NCBI GenBank assembly: GCA_965203515.1
Contig: OZ241907.1
Coordinates: forward strand, 2,304,001 to 2,368,000
Direction: 5' to 3'
Source: Spirochaetia bacterium
GTDB lineage: Bacteria > Spirochaetota > Spirochaetia > SZUA-6 > Bin103
Length of the DNA: 64,000 bases
In this document: one piece after another, positions 20,461 through 28,877 of the stretch
Layout: every line of letters begins with the position of its first letter
Numbering within the stretch: position 1 is the stretch's first letter
Notes under the pieces: generated by a model
Seen by the model: only the letters and a program-made list of their open reading frames with translations
What the model was told of the DNA's origin: nothing
Databases searched by the model: none
Position numbers and translations under genes: made by a program

Positions 20461-20685
20461 GCCGTTCTTCCGCTTCGTCGGCCGCTCCGGCCGCTGCCGG
20501 CTCTCCGTCCCGGAGGGCCGCTCCCGCGTCCGCCGCGTCCTGCCCCGTCCTGTTTCCGCTTGTGCTCATGTCTGCCCGCCGACCCTGCAGCACTGCCGGC
20601 TCGCCCCCCGACAGCGTCGATCCGCGGTCGAAGCCGCAGGAGGATCCGCCGTCGCGGCGCCGAGTGCCGCCAAGTCGACGCCCCG

Positions 20686-20715
20686 AAGATAATAGCCTCC
20701 CGAAAGCGCGGTCAA
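20686..20715 (-). promoter_or_regulatory. sigma70-like promoter of grpE-dnaK-dnaJ
   Basis: TTGACC-18-TATCTT. Confidence 0.55.
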
Positions 20716-20750
20716 CAACGCGCATGCGCCCACGGCACGCGCGTCGTCGC

Positions 20751-21743
20751 CTACTGCAGATAGAACAGCACGATCGTGGAAGCCAGGTAGACGGCGAACA
20801 GCGCCAGCAGGACCACGCCCTTCCAGCGCCGCAGCGAATACCCCATCCACACCAGACCGAGCATGGCGCCCACCACCACGAACATCCAGGGGAATGAGAA
20901 CAGCACCACCCGGCGCTCGACGGTGATCGGATTGACCAGCGCCGACGCGCCGATGATCCAGAGCACGTTGAGGATGTCCGCGCCCAGGATGTCGCCGAAC
21001 GCCAGATCGCCGTGTCCCTTGCGGCTGGCGCTCACGCAGGTGGCGATCTCCGGGAGCGACGTGCCGACGGCGATGATCGTCAGGCCGACGATCGCCTCCG
21101 GCACGCCCAGCTCGAGCGCAATGAACTGCGCGGACGGCACCAGCAGCTCGCTGGCCAGCAGCACCCCGGCGACGCCGCCCGCCAGGCGCAGCACCTGCAG
21201 CCGGATTCCGCCGGGCTTGACGTGCTCGGCCAGATCCGCTTCCTCCGGCGACGCGCCCTTGGCCGCCTGTCGGCGGTGGGTGACGATCAGCACCACCATG
21301 TAGACGACGTACACCGCCAGCAGGCTCGCCCCCTCCAGGCGGCCGATCGTGCCGTTGAGAGCCAGCAGGAACGCCGCCACCCCGACCGCCGGAACGAACA
21401 TCCCGACCGAGCGCATGATGCGCGGATTGATCGCCACCACGGCCGGCGCCATCACCATCCCCAGGCCGATCGCCGCACCGTCATCGACGATGACCGAGCC
21501 GACCGCGTTGCCGAGCGCGATCTCCGGGGACCCGCGCAGCGCCGCAGCGACCGACACGGCAAGCTCCGGCGCCGTGGTAGCCAGCCCGACCACGACGATG
21601 CCCACGATGATCTTGGGAAGCCCGGTCCGGTGGGCAATGCCGACGGCGCCGTCTACCAGGAAGCCGGCGCTGTAGATGAGCAGCGCGAACGCGACCGGAA
21701 TTACGAACGCGTGCGCGATGATGTGATCGGGGATCAGGTGCAC
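20751..21743 (-). CDS. calcium/sodium antiporter (CaCA, YrbG-like)
   Basis: Two alpha repeats ATTAPEL..GNAVGS and GTSLPEI..GDILGA; about 10 TM helices. Confidence 0.93.
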   Translation of the reverse strand: MHLIPDHIIAHAFVIPVAFALLIYSAGFLVDGAVGIAHRTGLPKIIVGIVVVGLATTAPELAVSVAAALRGSPEIALGNAVGSVIVDDGAAIGLGMVMAPAVVAINPRIMRSVGMFVPAVGVAAFLLALNGTIGRLEGASLLAVYVVYMVVLIVTHRRQAAKGASPEEADLAEHVKPGGIRLQVLRLAGGVAGVLLASELLVPSAQFIALELGVPEAIVGLTIIAVGTSLPEIATCVSASRKGHGDLAFGDILGADILNVLWIIGASALVNPITVERRVVLFSFPWMFVVVGAMLGLVWMGYSLRRWKGVVLLALFAVYLASTIVLFYLQ

Positions 21744-21749
21744 GGGGTG

Positions 21750-23522
21750 TCAGCGCCCGGGCGGGAGCGCGCCGGCCGCCGGCTCCATCTCCAGGATCAA
21801 CTCCACCTCGCTCCGGCTCAGCCTGGTGGCGCGGGCGATCTCCTCGATCGACCAGCCCTGACCGGCCAGCTTGCTCACCGTCTGGCGGTTGTCGCCGGGC
21901 CGCGGCCCGGCGCCTCCACCGTTGCCATCGGAACGCGCCGCCGCCAACGCTTCGAGCTCGCTTACCGACGCACGCGCCTGCTGCCCGATCTGTTCCAGCC
22001 GGGTCTCCGCCCGTGCCAGCCAATCACGGGCCGTCATCAATCGAGCGGTGCGGCCGTCGAGCTCGGCGATCAGTCCGTCGATGCCGTCGAGGCTGCGGAC
22101 TACCGCATCCGCGCTCTCCTTCCTGCTCGCCAGCGCATCGACCCGCCGCTCCATCTCGGCCATGCCGGCGGTCAGTTTGAGGACGTCGGGACGCAGCCCG
22201 ATCACCTGTTCGTCGAGCTGATTGAGCAGCTCGAAATTGCGGTCGACGCCGCTGGCCGTCACCTCCGCCGCCTCGTGCTTCTGCGCGAGGTGCCGGTACC
22301 GTTCGTCGGCCGCATCGGCCAGTGCGCCCAGCTCCCTGAGCCTTGCCTGCAGGTCCTGTACGGCCTGCCGGCTCGCTTCCGCGGCGGTCAGCCGGGCGTC
22401 CAGGTCCTCCGCGCTCGCGATCAACCGCTGGAAGTCGCGCTCGATCGATTCCACCCGGTGACGCTCGGCCGCGAACCGCGCGAGCTTGTCCGCCAGCTCC
22501 TCGCCGAGTTTGCGGGTCCGGTTCAACTCCAGCTCCATCTCCGCCACCTCGCGCTTCTGTCGCTGCACGTCGGCGAGCTTGGCGCTCAGACGTTCCAGGT
22601 GCTGGTGCATGCGGTCGGCGCGCTCCAGGAGGGGCGCCTGGTCGGTGAGGACGGTGAGCCGCGCCGCGAACTCGGTCAGCTCGGCATCCAGAGCCGCAAG
22701 CCGTTCCGAGGTCTCCGACCGGACCCCATCCATGGTCGAGCGAACGCTCTCGACCTCGGCGGAAGAGCGCCGCTGCAGATCGCCGGTACGTTCGCGCAGC
22801 GCCCGCGCCACGTCTTCGACCGCCGCATCGACACGGGCGGCCGCCTCCTGCCGCAGGCTGTCGATGCGCCGCTCGAGCTCCGCATGGAAGCCCGCCTGCC
22901 GAGCTTCCATGCCTTCGGCGCGCTCGTCCAGATCGGCGGCGAACCGGCGCTCGATGGTGGCGAGTCGGTCCGCCAGCGCCTTCCGCACCGTATCCTCGAT
23001 ATCGGTCAGCCGCCCTTCGATCGACGAGGCCTGCAGCCGATCTTCGATCGACGCCGCCTTCGAATCGAGGCCGGTCAGCCGCTCCTGCAGCGCCGTGCGC
23101 TGATCGTCGACCCGGCGCAACCGCTCGTCCTCGCCGCGCAACCGACGCAGGTTCTCATCCACCCGTTCGCTCATGTTCACCAGCTCGGCCAGCGCGGTGT
23201 CATACCCGTCGATACGGGTGCGGATGGCATCGATCTCCGCCGATCGCTCCTCGAGGTCCCGGCGGCGCACGGCGAGGTCTTCCTGCACGTCCCGCACCGA
23301 ACGCAGCAACTCCTTGCCCTGCTTTACGCTGACCTGCACCTCGATCGCCAGATCCCTGATTTCGGAGCTCTTGCTCTCGACGAACGTCGACAGGGTTTGC
23401 ATCACCCGGTCGCCGTAGCGCTTTACCTTTTCGAGCGAACGATTGCTGCGGTCGAGCTGGCGAAAGATGAAGACGACCGCCAACACGATCAGGAGCGTAA
23501 TGGCATCTCCGATCCCGAACAT
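21750..23522 (-). CDS. SpiroCoCo-type membrane-anchored coiled-coil protein with C-terminal HTH-like domain
   Basis: N-terminal TM followed by RQLDRSNRSLEKVKRY; long heptad region; C-terminal LAGQGWSIEEIARATRLSRSEVELILE. Confidence 0.75.
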   Translation of the reverse strand: MFGIGDAITLLIVLAVVFIFRQLDRSNRSLEKVKRYGDRVMQTLSTFVESKSSEIRDLAIEVQVSVKQGKELLRSVRDVQEDLAVRRRDLEERSAEIDAIRTRIDGYDTALAELVNMSERVDENLRRLRGEDERLRRVDDQRTALQERLTGLDSKAASIEDRLQASSIEGRLTDIEDTVRKALADRLATIERRFAADLDERAEGMEARQAGFHAELERRIDSLRQEAAARVDAAVEDVARALRERTGDLQRRSSAEVESVRSTMDGVRSETSERLAALDAELTEFAARLTVLTDQAPLLERADRMHQHLERLSAKLADVQRQKREVAEMELELNRTRKLGEELADKLARFAAERHRVESIERDFQRLIASAEDLDARLTAAEASRQAVQDLQARLRELGALADAADERYRHLAQKHEAAEVTASGVDRNFELLNQLDEQVIGLRPDVLKLTAGMAEMERRVDALASRKESADAVVRSLDGIDGLIAELDGRTARLMTARDWLARAETRLEQIGQQARASVSELEALAAARSDGNGGGAGPRPGDNRQTVSKLAGQGWSIEEIARATRLSRSEVELILEMEPAAGALPPGR

Positions 23523-23546
23523 GATCCCCTCCCAGTGGGATACCCG

Positions 23547-23575
23547 ATTCTATGAGCGCCCGGTGCGGCTGTCAA
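23547..23575 (-). promoter_or_regulatory. near-consensus sigma70 promoter
   Basis: TTGACA-17-TAGAAT, followed by GGGAGGG RBS and ATG at 23522. Confidence 0.8.
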
Positions 23576-23579
23576 CGAA

Positions 23580-24278
23580 TCACGCGATCGGGTCGCAGGG
23601 GAGACGGATGCCGGCCGCGCCGATCGACGGCAACAGCGAATCGTAGCGGCGGAACGTCAGGTCCGCGCGGCTGCCACGCTCCCGCCGGCGGGCGTGGTGC
23701 GCGGTCAGCATGTCGACCGCGCTCGCACCGACGATGTCGTACCGGTAGTGGTTGCCGACGTACAGGATGCGGTCAGGGCGTACGCCCATGAGGTCGGCTA
23801 CGTACCGGAACGGCTCCGGGTTGGGCTTCAGGTAGCCGGCGGCTTCGGAGGTGACCGCGCAGGCAAATCCGTCGAGCCCCATGTGGCGCAGCTTCGCTTC
23901 CGGCGGCATGTCCGAAAGCACGCCGAGTTGCGCCCCGCGCCGGCGCAGCGCGTCGAGCGCCGGCTGCACGCCGCGGCACAGGCGGACGCCGCGCAGGGCC
24001 GCCGGCAGCCGGGTGTATATCACGTCTTCGATCAACGCACGCGCGGCAGACGGATCGATCCGCATCCGCTCAGCTACCAGATCGGCCTGCAGGGCGTGAA
24101 GATCGGCGATCGGACGGATGCCGCGCACCTGTATGCGGACTTGGCGGAACGCGCGAAACAGGGCCGCGTTCCGCAACACCAGCCCCCAGGACCGGGCCGC
24201 CGCCTGGCGGGGCGGATAGAGCGTTCCGTCCAGATCGAACACCACGGCCTGCGCAAGCCGATCGCGTAGCTCTGCCAT
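23580..24278 (-). CDS. HAD-superfamily hydrolase
   Basis: FDLDGTLY, VLSD, KPNP, YVGN...D. Confidence 0.88.
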   Translation of the reverse strand: MAELRDRLAQAVVFDLDGTLYPPRQAAARSWGLVLRNAALFRAFRQVRIQVRGIRPIADLHALQADLVAERMRIDPSAARALIEDVIYTRLPAALRGVRLCRGVQPALDALRRRGAQLGVLSDMPPEAKLRHMGLDGFACAVTSEAAGYLKPNPEPFRYVADLMGVRPDRILYVGNHYRYDIVGASAVDMLTAHHARRRERGSRADLTFRRYDSLLPSIGAAGIRLPCDPIA

Positions 24279-24293
24279 GCGTGGCCGCCCCGA

Positions 24294-26150
24294 TCAGTTG
24301 GATCGGCTCCGGATCTGAATCGTTACCGTGCCGTACACCGGCTCACGGTCGTCCACCGGTTCATAGCGCCACTGCCGCAACGTCTTGGTGATTTCGTTGT
24401 TGAGCTCGGTCGATCCGGAATCCTGCTCGAATCTCTCCACCCGCACCCACCCGGCGGGGTCGACGCGGATGAGCACCCGAACGGTCATCTGCACGATCTC
24501 GTCCGGGTATCGGTCCGGCAACGCGGGGTGGATCACGTTCAGCAATGGCCGGAGTCCCAGGGACCCGGACACGTTCCACCCGGCCGGAAGCCGCGGGTCC
24601 CGTCCCGCCGGACCGGCCGCCGCCCCGCCGCCCTGACTACCGGAGCCGTCGTCGCTGCCGGAGCCGGCCGCGACGCGGCCGCCGGCGTCCAGCGCCCTGT
24701 CGAGGTCCTGGATACGGGATCCGACGCTCGCGTCGTCGGCAGCCGGCGCGGGCGCGCCTCCGTACACCGTCGCGCCGACCGGCGCCGGCTTGGAGGAACC
24801 GGGCGAGGAGTCGGTGATCGGCACGGAGGCGAGCGTCGACGCGGCCACGCCGTCGTCGGCCGCGTCGGCTCGCCTCGCCGTGGGGGTGCCGCTCATCCGT
24901 ACCGGCGCCGATGCCGCGACCTCGCTGCTCCCGCCGACAAGCCCATCCGGATCGCGAACCACCGGGACGGCACTGTCGGAGACGGCGGCCCGCGCGGCCC
25001 GCGCGGTTCGGGCGTCGGGCGTCGGGCTCGAAGCGCTCTTCGCGTACACCGACTCGTCGGCCGACTGCGCAGTCGCTTCCTTGAAGGAAGCGGCGAGGGC
25101 GCCCTGATTTACGGCAGCTCCGGCCTGGACCACCGATCCCGCGAACGGGACGGCAACCGCGGCCGACTCGCCGGCTGGCGACCGCGCGTTCAAGCCAGCT
25201 CGTCCGTGCGCCTGCGCCGCGTCGAACTCCTTGCGCATCGTCGCCGTCGGCTGCTGCTGAACAGGCGGAGCCGTCGCATTGGTCTCGGCCAGGGTCTCGG
25301 CGCGGGGCTGAGTCTCGACCGGAGCCGGTTGCGGTGCAGACGCCGGCTTCTCGGTCACCAGAGGTTGCGGCGTCGGCCTCTCGGCCACGATAGGCTGCGG
25401 CGTCGGCTTCTCGGTCACGATCGGCTGCGGCGTCGGCCTCTCCGCCACGATCGGTTGCGGCGTCGGCTTCTCGGTCACGATCGGCTGCGGCGTCGGCCTC
25501 TCCGCCACGACAGGCTTGGGCGCTGGTCTCTCCGTCACCGCCGGCTGCGGCGCGGCCCTCTCCGTCACCACCGGCTGCGGCGCCGGCCTCTCCGTCACCG
25601 CCGGCTGCGGCGCGGCCCTCTCCGTCACCACCGGCTGCGGCGCCGGCCTCTCCGTCACCGCCGGCTGCGGCGCGGCCCTCTCCGTCACCGCCGGCTGCGG
25701 CGCCGGCCTCTCCGTCACCGCCGGCTGCGGCGCGGCCCTCTCCGTCACCGCCGGCTGCGGCGCGGCCCTCTCCGTCACCGCCGGCTGCGGCGCGGCCCTC
25801 TCCGTCACCGCCGGCTGCGGCGCGGCCCTCTCCGTCACCGCCGGCTGCGGCGCGGCCCTCTCCGTCACCGCCGGCTGCGGCGCGGCCCTCTCCGTCACCG
25901 CCGGCTGCGGCGCGGTCTCGGCGGCTGGAGCTTCCTCTCGCTTCGGCGCCGACGGCAGCACCGGCGCCGTCCGTTCCCGGCCGGTCGCTTCCCGGATCGC
26001 AGGACCGAGCAATTGCACCGTCATCGGTCGAGTGTCGAGCCGAGCGTCGAGGTCGAGCAGCTTGTGCACGATGATCAGCAGCAGGGCGTGCAGCACCGCT
26101 GCCGCCAGCACGCTGACGAACATCCGCTCCGACTCCAGCCGCAAGGTCAT
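24294..26150 (-). CDS. TonB/TolA-like energy transducer with long Pro-rich repeat linker
   Basis: N-terminal TM with His (SVLAAAVLHALL); 10-aa repeats; C-terminal TonB_C pattern (VRVLIRVDPAGWV..SGSTELN..QWRYEP); directly follows exbD. Confidence 0.85.
   Translation of the reverse strand: MTLRLESERMFVSVLAAAVLHALLLIIVHKLLDLDARLDTRPMTVQLLGPAIREATGRERTAPVLPSAPKREEAPAAETAPQPAVTERAAPQPAVTERAAPQPAVTERAAPQPAVTERAAPQPAVTERAAPQPAVTERAAPQPAVTERPAPQPAVTERAAPQPAVTERPAPQPVVTERAAPQPAVTERPAPQPVVTERAAPQPAVTERPAPKPVVAERPTPQPIVTEKPTPQPIVAERPTPQPIVTEKPTPQPIVAERPTPQPLVTEKPASAPQPAPVETQPRAETLAETNATAPPVQQQPTATMRKEFDAAQAHGRAGLNARSPAGESAAVAVPFAGSVVQAGAAVNQGALAASFKEATAQSADESVYAKSASSPTPDARTARAARAAVSDSAVPVVRDPDGLVGGSSEVAASAPVRMSGTPTARRADAADDGVAASTLASVPITDSSPGSSKPAPVGATVYGGAPAPAADDASVGSRIQDLDRALDAGGRVAAGSGSDDGSGSQGGGAAAGPAGRDPRLPAGWNVSGSLGLRPLLNVIHPALPDRYPDEIVQMTVRVLIRVDPAGWVRVERFEQDSGSTELNNEITKTLRQWRYEPVDDREPVYGTVTIQIRSRSN
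25351..25920. repeat. 19 tandem 30-bp units (coding VNTR, ERAAPQPAVT)
   Basis: Unit TCCGTCACCGCCGGCTGCGGCGCGGCCCTC occurs 9 times exactly; the remaining units are variants, in phase every 30 nt. Confidence 0.98.
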
Positions 26151-26569
26151 TGCGGATCACCCCGCGGGATCGGGCGGGTTCGCAACGCCACGTTCTTGAA
26201 GCCGTTCATGTTCAGGACATCCAGGACGTCGACCAGAAGCTGGTAGGAGACCGCGCGATCCCCTTCGACGATGACGTTTCCCACCGAACCGGGCGCGATA
26301 CCGTCTTCGACCGAGAACGCATCGGCGAGTCCCGGCAGGTCGAACTCGCGTTCGTTGAGATAGATCAGATCATGAGAATGCACGGCGACGATGAGCTGGC
26401 TCATCTCGGTCGGCACCGCCGTCGCCGAATCGGGCAGCGTCAGTCCGATCGCCGGCGTGATCTTGAAGGTCGACGACACCATGAAGAAAATGACGAGTTG
26501 AAACACGACGTCGATCATCGGCACCATGTCGACGGTCGTGCTCCGCTGCAGTCGGCGCCGGCGTAACAT
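26147..26569 (-). CDS. exbD: ExbD/TolR family protein
   Basis: MVPMIDVVFQLVIFFMVSSTF with conserved TM Asp, LTLP, GDRAVSY. Confidence 0.93.
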   Translation of the reverse strand: MLRRRRLQRSTTVDMVPMIDVVFQLVIFFMVSSTFKITPAIGLTLPDSATAVPTEMSQLIVAVHSHDLIYLNEREFDLPGLADAFSVEDGIAPGSVGNVIVEGDRAVSYQLLVDVLDVLNMNGFKNVALRTRPIPRGDPQ

Positions 26570-27177
26570 CAATCCCCCTGAACGCCGAGCAGCAGCACCA
26601 GCTCGCTGACCCGGTTCTCGAGTCGGACGATCGTGTTGTTGGCCTTGCTGACCAGGTAATTGTAGAACATGATCACCGGGATTCCGACGATCAGACCGGC
26701 CGCGGTGGTCACCAACGCCTCCGAGATGCCGACCGCCAGCAGCGAGGAATCGGCTAACGAGCCGGCCGCGCCGAGGACGCCGAAGGCGCGGATATTGCCG
26801 GTCACCGTGCCCAGCAGACCCAGCAAGGGCGCCACGTGAGAGATCGTCCCGAGGGTGGGCAGGAACCGCTCCTGCTTGGGAATCTCCACGTTGGCGGCGT
26901 CCGTGATGATCTCGCGCACGACCCGGTTCGGCTGATGCCGGTGCTGGATGCCGACGCTCACCAAGCTGGAAAGCGGCGACGGGTTCGCCTCGCAGATCGC
27001 CAGGGCTTCATCGAAGTGGCGCTCCTGCAAGCGACTCTTGAGCCGCCTGAGCAGCTTCTCCTCATCGACGCGGGTACGACGAAAGTAGAGCAGACGTTCG
27101 ATGATCACCACGACTGCCACTACCGACAGAAAGATGATCACGACCATGATCGGGCCGCCCTGCTGGATGATTTCCAC
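26569..27177 (-). CDS. exbB: MotA/TolQ/ExbB proton channel protein
   Basis: GGPIM, APLLGLLGTVTG, GISEALVTTAAGLIVGIP. Confidence 0.94.
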   Translation of the reverse strand: MEIIQQGGPIMVVIIFLSVVAVVVIIERLLYFRRTRVDEEKLLRRLKSRLQERHFDEALAICEANPSPLSSLVSVGIQHRHQPNRVVREIITDAANVEIPKQERFLPTLGTISHVAPLLGLLGTVTGNIRAFGVLGAAGSLADSSLLAVGISEALVTTAAGLIVGIPVIMFYNYLVSKANNTIVRLENRVSELVLLLGVQGD

Positions 27178-27193
27178 TGCTGTCCCTCGCTAC

Positions 27194-28858
27194 CTAAAGA
27201 TTGATCTCGACGCCGACCGACGCCTGGAATCCGGGCTCCATGTACGGGGCGAGCTCGTACCGCGGCCGATCGGACAGCGGCTGAAGCACGTCGGCGACGC
27301 TGGCCACGACCGCGAAGGTCTCCGAGATGTTGTAGAAGCCGCTGGCCGATACGATCGGCACGGCTACGTTGGGCGCCTGGTGCCGGCTGGTTTCGAGCTC
27401 GTTCGGGAACACCCAGTCGACGTTGTTCTCGACGCCCAGGCGGCCATCGGCCCACGTCGCGCGGACGCCCAGGCTCAGCACGTGCGGGGCCTCATACAGC
27501 GGTACGTCGAAGAAGGCGCCCGACCAGTCGAGGTTGAGCGCCGCCGCCGGGTTGATGTCCCAGCGCAGACCGACTCCGGTCTGCAGCGTCCCGGTCTCCG
27601 TCTTCTGCACCAGCGTGTGCAGTCCCGATCGACCGAGGTCCCCGGCGATGTCGAGACGGTCGGTACCGGTTTCGCCGCGCACCGAGGCGACCACGTGGAC
27701 GTCCTCGCTCACCGCCGCGCGCATCGACGCGTCGCCGAACCACTGGCGCGTGTCGCGGAGCTGCTGCGGCTCTTCGATGAAGCCGAAGGTGTCATAGATA
27801 CCGGCCAGGTCGCGGTCGATGATCTCGCGCCCTCCGGCCACCCGCAGGGTGATCAGGTCGTGCGGCATGCCTTCCACGGACAGCTCGAACGGAATCCGCA
27901 GCTCCGCCTTGTCCTGGGGGGCATACTGCAGTCCGGCGCGAGCGCCGAGCCGAATCGGAACCGGCAGGTCGTAGCCGATCTCGACCTGCCCAAGCAGCCG
28001 GTGCGCGACCGGAACCTCGACGTGCGCCTGCCGGACCTTGTAGTTGGCCGCCAGGCCGATCTCCAGCTCGCGGAGCTGGGCGGTGGCGCCCGCCGAAGCG
28101 CGGCCCTCCCATTCCGTCACCGCCGGATCGTCGCTGCCTCTGAATGCCCGCGAGGCGCTCCGGCCGCCGATCTTGCCGCTCAACGTGAGCGAATCGGTCG
28201 GCATCGCCTGGATCTGCACGTCGCCGTCGACCAACTGATCGCTCAGTCCATGACCCACGGTGCCGATCCCCTGCAGACCGTCTTCGATCCGGCGATACCG
28301 GCCCGACAGGTCGAGCTCCGCGCCGCCGATATCGCTGCGATACGCCCCTTGCAGTTCGTCGGTACGGTGGTAGCCCTGGTCCGGCGCCGCCGGCCCGAAT
28401 CCTTCCTGCAGGTGATGATCGACCTGCAGATGAAAGAATGGCCCGGGGCCGGCGCGCTGCAGGCCGATGCTGCTTCTGAGCAGCCCGTTGTTGCCCGCCA
28501 CGACCGACGCCTCGAGCGCCAGACCGGGACCGAGCAGGCCGGATCCGGCGCCGGCGGTATCAGTAAGCACTTCCGGCAGCCCGGGAGTAACCACCCGCAA
28601 CTCATCCGCTTCCGGCAACGGCACGGCCATGTCCGGCTTCGCCAGCTCCGCCTCCGGCGGCAGACCGGGTTCCACCTGGATCTCGGCCACGTCCTCGATA
28701 CTCAACGTGATATCGGGCACCTGAAGCGGGCGCGCCGGCTGAGACTCGTTCGCCTGCCCATGGGCGGCCGCGGTCACCATCGCGGCCAGCACGGCGCCGG
28801 CCGCCAGCACGGCGCCGATCGGATACTCGGCGACGAGTCGCTGCGCTCGCAATCTCAT
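27194..28858 (-). CDS. predicted outer-membrane beta-barrel protein
   Basis: Signal peptide ending AAHG; many alternating amphipathic strands; C-terminal strand FQASVGVEINL. Confidence 0.7.
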   Translation of the reverse strand: MRLRAQRLVAEYPIGAVLAAGAVLAAMVTAAAHGQANESQPARPLQVPDITLSIEDVAEIQVEPGLPPEAELAKPDMAVPLPEADELRVVTPGLPEVLTDTAGAGSGLLGPGLALEASVVAGNNGLLRSSIGLQRAGPGPFFHLQVDHHLQEGFGPAAPDQGYHRTDELQGAYRSDIGGAELDLSGRYRRIEDGLQGIGTVGHGLSDQLVDGDVQIQAMPTDSLTLSGKIGGRSASRAFRGSDDPAVTEWEGRASAGATAQLRELEIGLAANYKVRQAHVEVPVAHRLLGQVEIGYDLPVPIRLGARAGLQYAPQDKAELRIPFELSVEGMPHDLITLRVAGGREIIDRDLAGIYDTFGFIEEPQQLRDTRQWFGDASMRAAVSEDVHVVASVRGETGTDRLDIAGDLGRSGLHTLVQKTETGTLQTGVGLRWDINPAAALNLDWSGAFFDVPLYEAPHVLSLGVRATWADGRLGVENNVDWVFPNELETSRHQAPNVAVPIVSASGFYNISETFAVVASVADVLQPLSDRPRYELAPYMEPGFQASVGVEINL

Positions 28859-28877
28859 GATCGCAACCTCATGCTCA

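Noticed and set aside
20644..20670. CIRCE/HrcA operator upstream of grpE
   Set aside because: Only a left-arm-like GGCACTC is present; the arm 9 nt away does not match GAGTGC.
25351..25920. CRISPR array
   Set aside because: Units are contiguous with no unique spacers, stay in frame within a protein, and no cas genes are present.
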